Made by a program: the position numbers and the translations under genes. The notes beneath the pieces are model-generated. The model saw only the letters and a program-made list of their open reading frames with translations. It was not told the DNA's origin and did no database searches. A stretch of DNA of 17,506 nt from an uncultured Oligoflexus sp. Lineage in GTDB: Bacteria > Bdellovibrionota_B > Oligoflexia > Oligoflexales > Oligoflexaceae. Positions within the stretch are counted from its first letter, which is position 1. Each line of letters opens with the position of its first letter. The stretch spans positions 1-17,506 of the forward strand of contig CAXSGP010000098.1 of NCBI GenBank assembly GCA_964236955.1. Direction: 5' to 3'. Below, piece after piece: positions 10,255 to 17,506 of the stretch.

Positions 10255-12429
10255 ATGAAAAAAGCACTGTCGATGAAGGCAAAGTCAAAGGTAGAAACCA
10301 GGACGGCGGGTTCTTATGGGCAGCTTGAAGCATCCATGAGAGCCTGGGAACCTATTGTCGGTGAAGGGGGATTTGCGGACTCTCAAAAAATTGAAGGTCC
10401 AACCATGCCCGCCGATGGCGAGGCCTCTTTAACGGGACCGGTACTCGCCGGTCTAAACGAATACAGGGACTTTTCGAGCCAAGACCTTTTTTCCTATCAG
10501 GAGATGCTCAATAACCTCCCCTTATTTGCAGCCATTGCCTTGACGAATGGAGTCATCACCTTCGTGAATGATTATGCGATCAAGGCAAGTGGATCGAGCA
10601 GGGAATACTTGATAGGTAAGGTCCTATGGAATGGACACTGGTGGTCGCGCCAGGCCAAAGAGCTTGAAATGGTGCAAAAAGCCTTTGAAAAAAGCTTGAC
10701 CGGGACTACCGTAAGGTTGGACATACCCTACGAAGCCGTTGATAGCAGTGAATCAGAGCATTGGATGGATCTGATTCTCAAACCCCTTCCCGAGGGAACG
10801 GACAGGAGCCAGATTAAACGCATTCTTATTTCTGGCATGGATATCAGTGACAGAAAAAAACAGGAAGCCGAGCAGCGCAATGCCCTTAAAGAGAGTGAAA
10901 TTCACTTCCGAAGCCTGGCTGAAACCCTGCCGCAAATTATTTGGACCGCCAACCCAGTAGGCGAAATTAATTATACCAATAGTCAGTGGAAGGATTATTC
11001 CAACTCTATTTATCCGACTGACTGGATCAGTTTCGCCCACCCCGAAGATAAAGAAAAAGGCCGTCAGGCTTGGGATGAATCGATAAAAAATGGAAGCCCT
11101 TTGGAAGTCGATGTCAGACTTAAGAGCAAGAGCGGCAGCTACCGTTGGTTTCTTTTAAGGGCGGTAACCACCCGCGATAAACATGACAAGATAATAGGCT
11201 GGTGTGGTTCAGCGACCGATATTGAAGACCGGAAAATTCAGGCCAAGGAACTTTCCGATGCCAAGAGCGAAGCCGAACGGGCCAATGCCACCAAAAGTGC
11301 TTTTCTGGCCAATATGAGCCATGAAATCCGAACGCCTCTGGGCGCCATCCTGGGATTCACCGAACTGCTTCGGGATCCCAACACCGGCCCTGAGGAAAGG
11401 CTTGGATACCTCGATATCATTTGTCGCAACGGCAAGGCCCTGACGCGGGTCATCGACGATATACTCGATCTGTCCAAGGTCGAGGCGGGGCATCTTGAGA
11501 TCGAACAGATGCCCTTCAGCCTGCCGGATCTTTTAAGCGAGATCACATCTTTGTTCAGTGAAACGGTAAAGGCCAAGCGGCTCTATCTCACCCTCGCCAT
11601 TGATTCCAACGTACCGAATCAGGTGCTTTCCGATCCGGCGCGTTTGCGACAGATCCTGATCAACATCATAGGTAATGCTGTTAAATTCACCAGTCTGGGC
11701 GGAATTAAAGTCAAGGTGGAGGCGGCCCATCTTAAAAGCGGCAAATCCAAGATCACGATTTCGGTATCGGACACCGGACCCGGGCTGATGCGTTCCCAGC
11801 AGAAGAAATTATTTCAGCCCTTTACCCAGGCGGACAATACGACGACGAGGAAGTATGGGGGAACCGGCCTTGGCCTCGCGCTGTCACGACGGCTCGCCCA
11901 GGCAATGGGTGGGAATATTGCTATTTCAGAATGTAAGCTGCGACGGGGGTGTACCTTCCAGATAACGATAGAAGTTGCCCATCCGGAAGTTGATGTCAAG
12001 CATGCGGAAAGAGCGGATGACCTTCAGACGGAGACCGGCGTCCTTGTCAAGGCGCGCGTGCTTCTCGTGGAAGACGCCCTGGACAATCAAATTCTCATTA
12101 AACGTATCCTGACTAAAAATGGCGCCAAAGTAGACATAGCCAATAATGGATGCGAAGGGGTCGAAAAGGCAATGTCTGGTGATTATTCTATCGTCCTCAT
12201 GGATATTCAAATGCCTATCATGGACGGTTATGAAGCCATCCAAAAGCTGCGTTCGCTTGGTTATAAGGGCATGGTCTACGCACTGACCGCTCATGCCATG
12301 GCAGAAGAGCGTAAAAAGACCCAGGTGGCTGGTTATGATGGCCATCTTACGAAACCACTTGATACGGAGGTTCTGGTTAAAACCGTCAGGCTTCATATAA
12401 AAGACGAAAACAGTGAATTGCGGCTGTGA
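10255..12429 (+). CDS. Cytoplasmic hybrid sensor histidine kinase (PAS-PAS-HisKA-HATPase-REC)
   Basis: Two PAS/PAC repeats ending in DISDRK and DIEDRK; H-box FLANMSHEIRTPL; N-box NIIGNAVKF; DTGPG; GGTGLGL; receiver motifs LLVED, LMDIQMP and LTKP. No transmembrane segment seen. Exact start codon uncertain. Confidence 0.95.
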   Translation: MKKALSMKAKSKVETRTAGSYGQLEASMRAWEPIVGEGGFADSQKIEGPTMPADGEASLTGPVLAGLNEYRDFSSQDLFSYQEMLNNLPLFAAIALTNGVITFVNDYAIKASGSSREYLIGKVLWNGHWWSRQAKELEMVQKAFEKSLTGTTVRLDIPYEAVDSSESEHWMDLILKPLPEGTDRSQIKRILISGMDISDRKKQEAEQRNALKESEIHFRSLAETLPQIIWTANPVGEINYTNSQWKDYSNSIYPTDWISFAHPEDKEKGRQAWDESIKNGSPLEVDVRLKSKSGSYRWFLLRAVTTRDKHDKIIGWCGSATDIEDRKIQAKELSDAKSEAERANATKSAFLANMSHEIRTPLGAILGFTELLRDPNTGPEERLGYLDIICRNGKALTRVIDDILDLSKVEAGHLEIEQMPFSLPDLLSEITSLFSETVKAKRLYLTLAIDSNVPNQVLSDPARLRQILINIIGNAVKFTSLGGIKVKVEAAHLKSGKSKITISVSDTGPGLMRSQQKKLFQPFTQADNTTTRKYGGTGLGLALSRRLAQAMGGNIAISECKLRRGCTFQITIEVAHPEVDVKHAERADDLQTETGVLVKARVLLVEDALDNQILIKRILTKNGAKVDIANNGCEGVEKAMSGDYSIVLMDIQMPIMDGYEAIQKLRSLGYKGMVYALTAHAMAEERKKTQVAGYDGHLTKPLDTEVLVKTVRLHIKDENSELRL

Positions 12430-12525
12430 AATTCTGCTGACTGAAGCCTGGTGGTCAAAGGCTTTTATTGATATCTTCCCCGCCAACGCTGTGCCCAAAC
12501 TTGGGTCAAGGGAAAGGGGTGGGGT

Positions 12526-13119
12526 TTGAGTCTTCGAAAAAAAGCTGGAGCACGTTGTCCAGGTTGCCTCATGCGCTTGGAATTTTGTATGTGTACCCTC
12601 ATTCCGAGGCTCAATCTCGCAACACGGCTTATAGTCGTCATGAGCAAAAGGGAATTGATAACCCCTACCAATACCGGACGCTTAGCCGCGCAGGCACTCA
12701 GCAATAGCGTTATCCTGAGCAACGGTGATCAAAATCGGCCGTTTCAACTGCACGACCATTTGATGGTCAACTGCCCAAGTCTTGTGCTTTATCCCAGCGA
12801 TCAAGCCCAGGTGCTTGACGCCGCTTATAGGAAGCAATTTACAGGTCCGATCAACCTCATCGTCCCAGACGGCAACTGGCGTCAGACAAGCAAGATGCGG
12901 CGTAGAGTTCCTGGCATGAATGATTTTCCGCAAGTGACACTACCCTTGGGTTTGCAATCCGCTTATCGAGTCCGCAAAGAGACCAAAGCGGAAGGGCTTG
13001 CGACGATAGAGGCGATTGCCCGAGCCATGGGTGTCCTCGAAGGCTCTGCGGTTCAACAGGCCTTGGAAGACGTATTGGATACAATGGTCTTACGAACTAT
13101 GGCCAGTCGGGGACAATAA
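12526..13119 (+). CDS. DTW-domain tRNA-uridine aminocarboxypropyltransferase (TapT/YfiP-like)
   Basis: N-terminal CxxC-x6-CxC, PTNTG, LYP, PDGNW (DTW motif position) and LATIEA; TTG start. Confidence 0.88.
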   Translation: MSLRKKAGARCPGCLMRLEFCMCTLIPRLNLATRLIVVMSKRELITPTNTGRLAAQALSNSVILSNGDQNRPFQLHDHLMVNCPSLVLYPSDQAQVLDAAYRKQFTGPINLIVPDGNWRQTSKMRRRVPGMNDFPQVTLPLGLQSAYRVRKETKAEGLATIEAIARAMGVLEGSAVQQALEDVLDTMVLRTMASRGQ

Positions 13120-13173
13120 GTCTGCGTCTAACTATCAACGAGCCCTGCCGTCGGAGTTCTTGCCATTGAGCGT

Positions 13174-15753
13174 TTAGACGGGACCATTCAGTTTTAAAAA
13201 GCGTGAGAGATATTTGGCGGTAAGGCTTTTTTTGGATCGCGCGACTTCCAGAGGGCTACCGCTGGCCACGATCTTTCCGCCTTCATCCCCTGCCCCCGGT
13301 CCCATATCAATGACCCAGTCACTGGCGGCAACCACCCGCATATCATGTTCAACCACGATCACAGTATTGCCTGCTAGGACTAGGCGTTCCAGCTGTATCA
13401 TCAGCCGATCCACATCGGACGGGTGCAGGCCCGTTGTCGGCTCGTCCAGGATATATAGCGTGTCGCCACGACTGATGCGCTGCAGTTCCGTTGCGAGTTT
13501 AATGCGCTGCGCCTCCCCACCAGAAAGTTCTGTCGCAGGCTGCCCAAGGCGCAGATAACCCAATCCAACTTCAGTCAAAATGCTTAAGGCGCGATTGATA
13601 GGGGATTCATCGGCAAAGAACGCAAAGGCGTCGTCAACCGTCAGGGCGAGGACGTCTGCGATGTTCTTATCTTTGTACTTCACCTCTAAAGTCTTTTCGT
13701 TATAACGCGCGCCCTGACAGACCGGACAGGGGGCATAGACGCTCGGCAGAAAGAGCAATTCCACCATCACAAAGCCTTCCCCTTCACAGTTTTCGCAGCG
13801 GCCTTTGACGACGTTAAAGGAGAAACGGCCGGCATCGTATCGTCGCGACTTTGCCATAGCTGTCGAAGCAAAAATTTTTCGCACATGATCAAAGAGACCC
13901 GTATAAGTCGCTAAATTCGATCGAGGCGTTCGGCCAATCGATTTTTGATCGACTTTTACCATGCGTTTGATGGCATCCAATCCGCTGACGATCTCACCTC
14001 CGAGCGTTTCGACCAAGCTTCGCTCCAAGGCCTCGCCTTCCTCCTCCTCAGTGACGATCTCCTGGCCCAGACCTTCGGCCACGAGTTCGACGAGCACTTG
14101 ACTGACCAGACTGGATTTACCTGAGCCCGAGATTCCGGTGACGCTGGTCAGCACACCCAGAGGAATATCCACCTTGAGTTCCCTGAGATTATTCCGACTG
14201 ACGCCTTTGATTTTTAACCAGGATTTAGGCTTTAAAATAGCATGATCTGGCAGCGAATGGCTTCCGAATAGAAAGCGCCGTGTCTGGGATGCTTCAACGT
14301 CTTTTAAGCCTTTGGTCGGACCGCTATAGAGGATGTGGCCACCATGCACCCCGGCGGCGGGACCGACGTCGACTATCCAATCGGCATGCTGAATGACATC
14401 GATTTCATGCTCGACGACAAAGAGGGAATTACCTGAGTCCTTCAATTTATCAAGCGCCCTTAACAGGGCCTCCGTGTCGGCAGGATGAAGGCCCGCCGAA
14501 GGTTCGTCGAGGACATAGACGACCCCAAAAAGATTGGATCGTACCTGCGTCGCCAACCTCAGACGCTGCAATTCACCCGGGGAAAGGGTCGGCGTGCTCC
14601 GTTCTAGGGAGAGGTAACCCAGGCCTAAATCCAGCACAACGTTCAAGCGTCCCAGGAGATCGCCGGCGATGCGTTTAGCCACCAACGCCTGCTCGGGGTG
14701 AGCGACCGCTATCTTTTTGAGGGACGAATGACTGCCGTCGGCAAAAGGTCTAAAAATTAACTCGAGTTTTTTGAGGGGAAGGGCCGACATATCCGCAATA
14801 TCTAGACCGGCGAATGTCACCGACAAGGACTCGCGGCGCAGACGTTTGCCGAGGCATTCTTTGCATTCGCTGCTGATCATATAACGGGCCACACGTTTCT
14901 TCATCAAAGCGCTTTGGGTATTGGCGAAAGTCGTCAGCACGTAGCGGCGGGCACCCGAAAAATTACCTGTGTAGCTGGGTTCTTCCTTTCTCTTCAGGGC
15001 CCGCTTCACATCAGCCGCCTCGAAGCCGGCATAAACAGGGACCGACGGCTGCTCTTCGGTAAACAGTATCCATTGCCTGTCGGCTTTTGGTAGATCGCGC
15101 CACGGCGTGTCGATGTCGTAGCCCATCGTCACGAGCATGTCCCGAAGGTTTTGGCCATGCCACGCTGGGGGCCAGGCGGCAATAGCCCTTTCCCTTATCG
15201 ATAGACTATCGTCGGGAACCATGGATCTTTCGGTGACTTCGTAAACGCGGCCGAGTCCGTGGCAGGTGGGGCAAGCTCCTTCCGGAGTATTGGGCGAAAA
15301 TGATTCGGCATAGAGCAGAGCCTGTTTTGCGGGATACGTTCCCGCCCGGGAATAGAGCATCCTGAGTAGATTGGAAAGTGTGGTGACGCTGCCGACTGAT
15401 GACCGGGTGCTTGGCGATCCGCGCTGCTGCTGCAGGGCAACGGCCGGCGGCAAACCATCGATCTCATCGACCTCTGGCACCGACATTTGATTGAAAAGCC
15501 TGCGGGCATAGGGTGAAACTGACTCGAGATAGCGGCGTTGGGCCTCGGCATAAAGGGTACCAAACGCAAGGGATGATTTCCCTGAGCCCGACACACCAGT
15601 AAAGACGACCAGGGAGTCCCGAGGTATCTCAACATCAATGTTTTTTAGATTGTGTTCACGGGCTCCACGGACCCTGACGAAACCAGAACTAGGATTAGAA
15701 TTGGAATTGGAATTGGAAATTCCGGGACTCTGCTGGTCTTTATCGACTTTCAT
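13174..15753 (-). CDS. uvrA: UvrA-like ABC ATPase, class II (UvrA2/DrrC-like)
   Basis: GAREHNLKN; two Walker A motifs ([16 protein letters not shown]); signatures LSPGE and LSGGE; LDEP Walker B motifs; Zn fingers CPTC/CKEC and CENC/CPVC. At about 860 aa it apparently lacks the UvrB-binding domain. Start is ATG 15753 or GTG 15759. Confidence 0.93.
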   Translation of the reverse strand: MKVDKDQQSPGISNSNSNSNPSSGFVRVRGAREHNLKNIDVEIPRDSLVVFTGVSGSGKSSLAFGTLYAEAQRRYLESVSPYARRLFNQMSVPEVDEIDGLPPAVALQQQRGSPSTRSSVGSVTTLSNLLRMLYSRAGTYPAKQALLYAESFSPNTPEGACPTCHGLGRVYEVTERSMVPDDSLSIRERAIAAWPPAWHGQNLRDMLVTMGYDIDTPWRDLPKADRQWILFTEEQPSVPVYAGFEAADVKRALKRKEEPSYTGNFSGARRYVLTTFANTQSALMKKRVARYMISSECKECLGKRLRRESLSVTFAGLDIADMSALPLKKLELIFRPFADGSHSSLKKIAVAHPEQALVAKRIAGDLLGRLNVVLDLGLGYLSLERSTPTLSPGELQRLRLATQVRSNLFGVVYVLDEPSAGLHPADTEALLRALDKLKDSGNSLFVVEHEIDVIQHADWIVDVGPAAGVHGGHILYSGPTKGLKDVEASQTRRFLFGSHSLPDHAILKPKSWLKIKGVSRNNLRELKVDIPLGVLTSVTGISGSGKSSLVSQVLVELVAEGLGQEIVTEEEEGEALERSLVETLGGEIVSGLDAIKRMVKVDQKSIGRTPRSNLATYTGLFDHVRKIFASTAMAKSRRYDAGRFSFNVVKGRCENCEGEGFVMVELLFLPSVYAPCPVCQGARYNEKTLEVKYKDKNIADVLALTVDDAFAFFADESPINRALSILTEVGLGYLRLGQPATELSGGEAQRIKLATELQRISRGDTLYILDEPTTGLHPSDVDRLMIQLERLVLAGNTVIVVEHDMRVVAASDWVIDMGPGAGDEGGKIVASGSPLEVARSKKSLTAKYLSRFLKLNGPV
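15698..15715. repeat. Hexanucleotide microsatellite (GAATTG)x3 encoding an SN repeat at the UvrA N-terminus
   Basis: GAATTGGAATTGGAATTG with degenerate flanking units; protein reads SNSNSNSN. Confidence 0.8.
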
Positions 15754-15891
15754 TTCCACTCTCTATAGGTCTGAATATAAGCTTTAACGGCTAGAATTAA
15801 GTAGGGATCGAAGTCCTGATACCCTTCCCTCTGCGTTTGGGCTAAGTTAGCATAAAGAATTCCTGACTATCTACAACTTGACTGCTTCAAC

Positions 15892-15907
15892 AGGCGCGGA
15901 ATTTGCA
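15892..15907 (+). promoter_or_regulatory. Sigma54-like -24/-12 promoter facing the small ORF at 16064
   Basis: AGGCGCGGAATTTGCA versus consensus TGGCACGNNNNTTGCW: GG-N10-GC with two mismatches. Confidence 0.5.
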
Positions 15908-16063
15908 AGGTCCTCTCTTGAAAAGCCAGGCATTCAAGCTTGAGAGGGGCGAAATCTAACTATTTGCGACTCAGTCTGGGGCGGGACTGAAGATGTCGCT
16001 TCTAGACCTTCGTCTTTGGACCCTGATGATTTATAATCGTAGCAACCCTGCAAGGAGATGCCG

Positions 16064-16273
16064 ATGAAGACTGTCCAGACCTATTTCAGTGCCCTGCTCA
16101 CCGAAGAAGACGGCATAATCTTTGAAGAGATGAAACTGCATGAGCAAAAAGATGGATTGTATCTTTATCGCGGCGAAGCTCGGCGGGATGCCCATGTAGC
16201 CGAATTGGAAAAAATCATCAAAGCATCCCCAAAATACGCACAAAAGACTATAAATGTCTTTAAGAACGCGTAA
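16064..16273 (+). CDS. Small hypothetical protein (69 aa)
   Basis: AAGGAG (16052-16057) lies 6 nt before ATG 16064; protein-like composition; no recognisable family. Confidence 0.7.
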   Translation: MKTVQTYFSALLTEEDGIIFEEMKLHEQKDGLYLYRGEARRDAHVAELEKIIKASPKYAQKTINVFKNA

Positions 16274-16432
16274 GAGTCCGCTGCCCTCAGCCATCGATAC
16301 CCTTGATGGCAGTGGAGCCAAGCCATGGCAAGGTGTGCTTTCTGAGACGGTGGGCCTGTATATATAGGCCTCTGCAGCGACCTTCATGCATGGCTCAGAA
16401 ACATAAATGAAATTTTGGCATGATCGCTAGGA

Positions 16433-16822
16433 CTATAATTCCGATTCATGACGAAGAGAACGGGCAGCCTTGGCGAGCGAGGCCTGAATGGCTTCGTAAG
16501 GTGCAGGTTTGAGTAGAAAATCAAAGACTCCCAGGTCAATGAGCTCCTTGTGTTTCTCGATCAGGTTTGAGCCTGATTGAATGATAAAGGGTGTTTGATA
16601 ACCCTCGTCTCTCAATTTTTGCAAAAGATCGGTCCCTGACATCTGGGGCATATGTAAATCAGAGATGATAATATCGACCTTTGACGATCGTACCCGAGCC
16701 AGGGCTTCCATGCCACTCGCTGCAGGAATTGGCTTATAGCCAAGCTCATCTACTACTTCGACCATGATCTCCCTCAAGTCGATATCGTCTTCTACGACCA
16801 GGACAAAAAGAGCTATATGCAC
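16433..16822 (-). CDS. Single-domain response regulator (CheY-like receiver)
   Basis: LVVEDD, IISDLHMPQMSG (phospho-Asp), SG and FLLKP; no output domain; AAGGA before the GTG start. Confidence 0.92.
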   Translation of the reverse strand: MHIALFVLVVEDDIDLREIMVEVVDELGYKPIPAASGMEALARVRSSKVDIIISDLHMPQMSGTDLLQKLRDEGYQTPFIIQSGSNLIEKHKELIDLGVFDFLLKPAPYEAIQASLAKAARSLRHESEL

Positions 16823-17121
16823 ACATTATCCTTGGCTAGGGGCTAGGGCAGCAGCGCCTTGAGTGATTTGACCAGGGGTGGTGGCCAAAAATGGCCTGGT
16901 CGCTGCCAGGGTCCAGGCGACTTTTCGAAAGATCGTTGTATCGCACCTTTAGCTCCTCGTAAAGCAGTGTTCAAAGCATTGGAAACAGTTCCATCTACAC
17001 GCCACTGCTAGCCTTATGGGGCCGTGATGTCTCGGCCGGGGCATAGGGGAAGGGAGATCTCTGGAAAGCTTCCCTTTTAGCTTCCTCAAAAAAAATCGAG
17101 GATGACCTTGGGTTTGAAGCC

Positions 17122-17458
17122 ATGGAAATATATTATAGGCATTCGACCGCGTGCCTCCGTTTGAGCATGCATGCATCGCTTTTCTCGTTTTTATATTGGG
17201 GCGAGCTGAGAGGGCTGTTGAACCTCGACGAAAGACCTGAGTGCCAGACCTTTCTTGAGAACTTTAAGAACAAAGAGGGCATCAAAGAGTCGGATATCCC
17301 CCGTTCATAAACGAATGGAAAGGCCGGGCCCCCAGGATATTGACGCTAAAGGAGCTGCCCTTTTTATAGCAATGGCGCACGAGGGGTTTTACAGCAGGCT
17401 CAAGGGCACCGAAGTTCCCGCAGCGTTTAAAGATTTATGTGAAGGTGTTAAAGGCTAG
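17122..17458 (+). pseudogene. Possible frameshifted gene remnant
   Basis: Two overlapping protein-like ORFs (17122..17310 and 17255..17458) join if one C is removed from the C5 run at 17298-17302. The final TAG overlaps the start of the terminal repeat. Confidence 0.35.
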
Positions 17459-17498
17459 GGGCTGTTGACGTTTGGCTACGCCAACGTCGAACATCCCC
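17456..17498. repeat. Second copy of the 19-bp repeat, within a short imperfect palindrome (REP/mini-MITE-like)
   Basis: TA-GGGGCTGTTGACGTTTGG-CTACG-CCAACGTCGAACATCCCC. The left arm is identical to the reverse complement of 33-51 and the right arm is a degenerate copy. Confidence 0.65.
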
Positions 17499-17506
17499 AG
17501 TAACGC

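Noticed and set aside
11926..12498. 190-aa antisense ORF over the kinase receiver domain
   Set aside because: Shadow of a strongly supported plus-strand gene.
16031..16387. 118-aa minus-strand ORF overlapping the 69-aa protein
   Set aside because: The plus-strand ORF has a well-spaced AAGGAG RBS and more protein-like composition.
17212..17221. GGGCTGTTGA, partial third copy of the terminal repeat
   Set aside because: Only 10 bp match with no TA or partner arm; could be chance.

Overview
Bacterial chromosomal segment. A Bdellovibrionota/Oligoflexia-like origin is suggested by protein style only and is not established. Confident genes: type I methionine aminopeptidase (map), a YdaD/YghA-type SDR oxidoreductase, a papain-like (C1) cysteine protease coupled to a Pro-rich lipoprotein, a complete ku-ligD NHEJ operon, a class I SAM methyltransferase, a PAS-PAS hybrid histidine kinase, a DTW-domain tRNA acp3U transferase, a class II UvrA-like ATPase and a stand-alone receiver protein. 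There are also two small unknown proteins and a probable frameshifted gene remnant. Notable non-coding signals: (i) an exact 19-bp inverted repeat at both ends of the window (33-51 and 17456-17474) resembling MITE/IS termini, the left copy flanked by an IHF-like site and a Fur-like box; (ii) a nested multi-stem structure in the ku leader that could sequester its Shine-Dalgarno; (iii) sigma54-like -24/-12 sites; (iv) hairpin-dense intergenic stretches near the right end. No rRNA, tRNA, CRISPR array, transposase or integrase was recognised.
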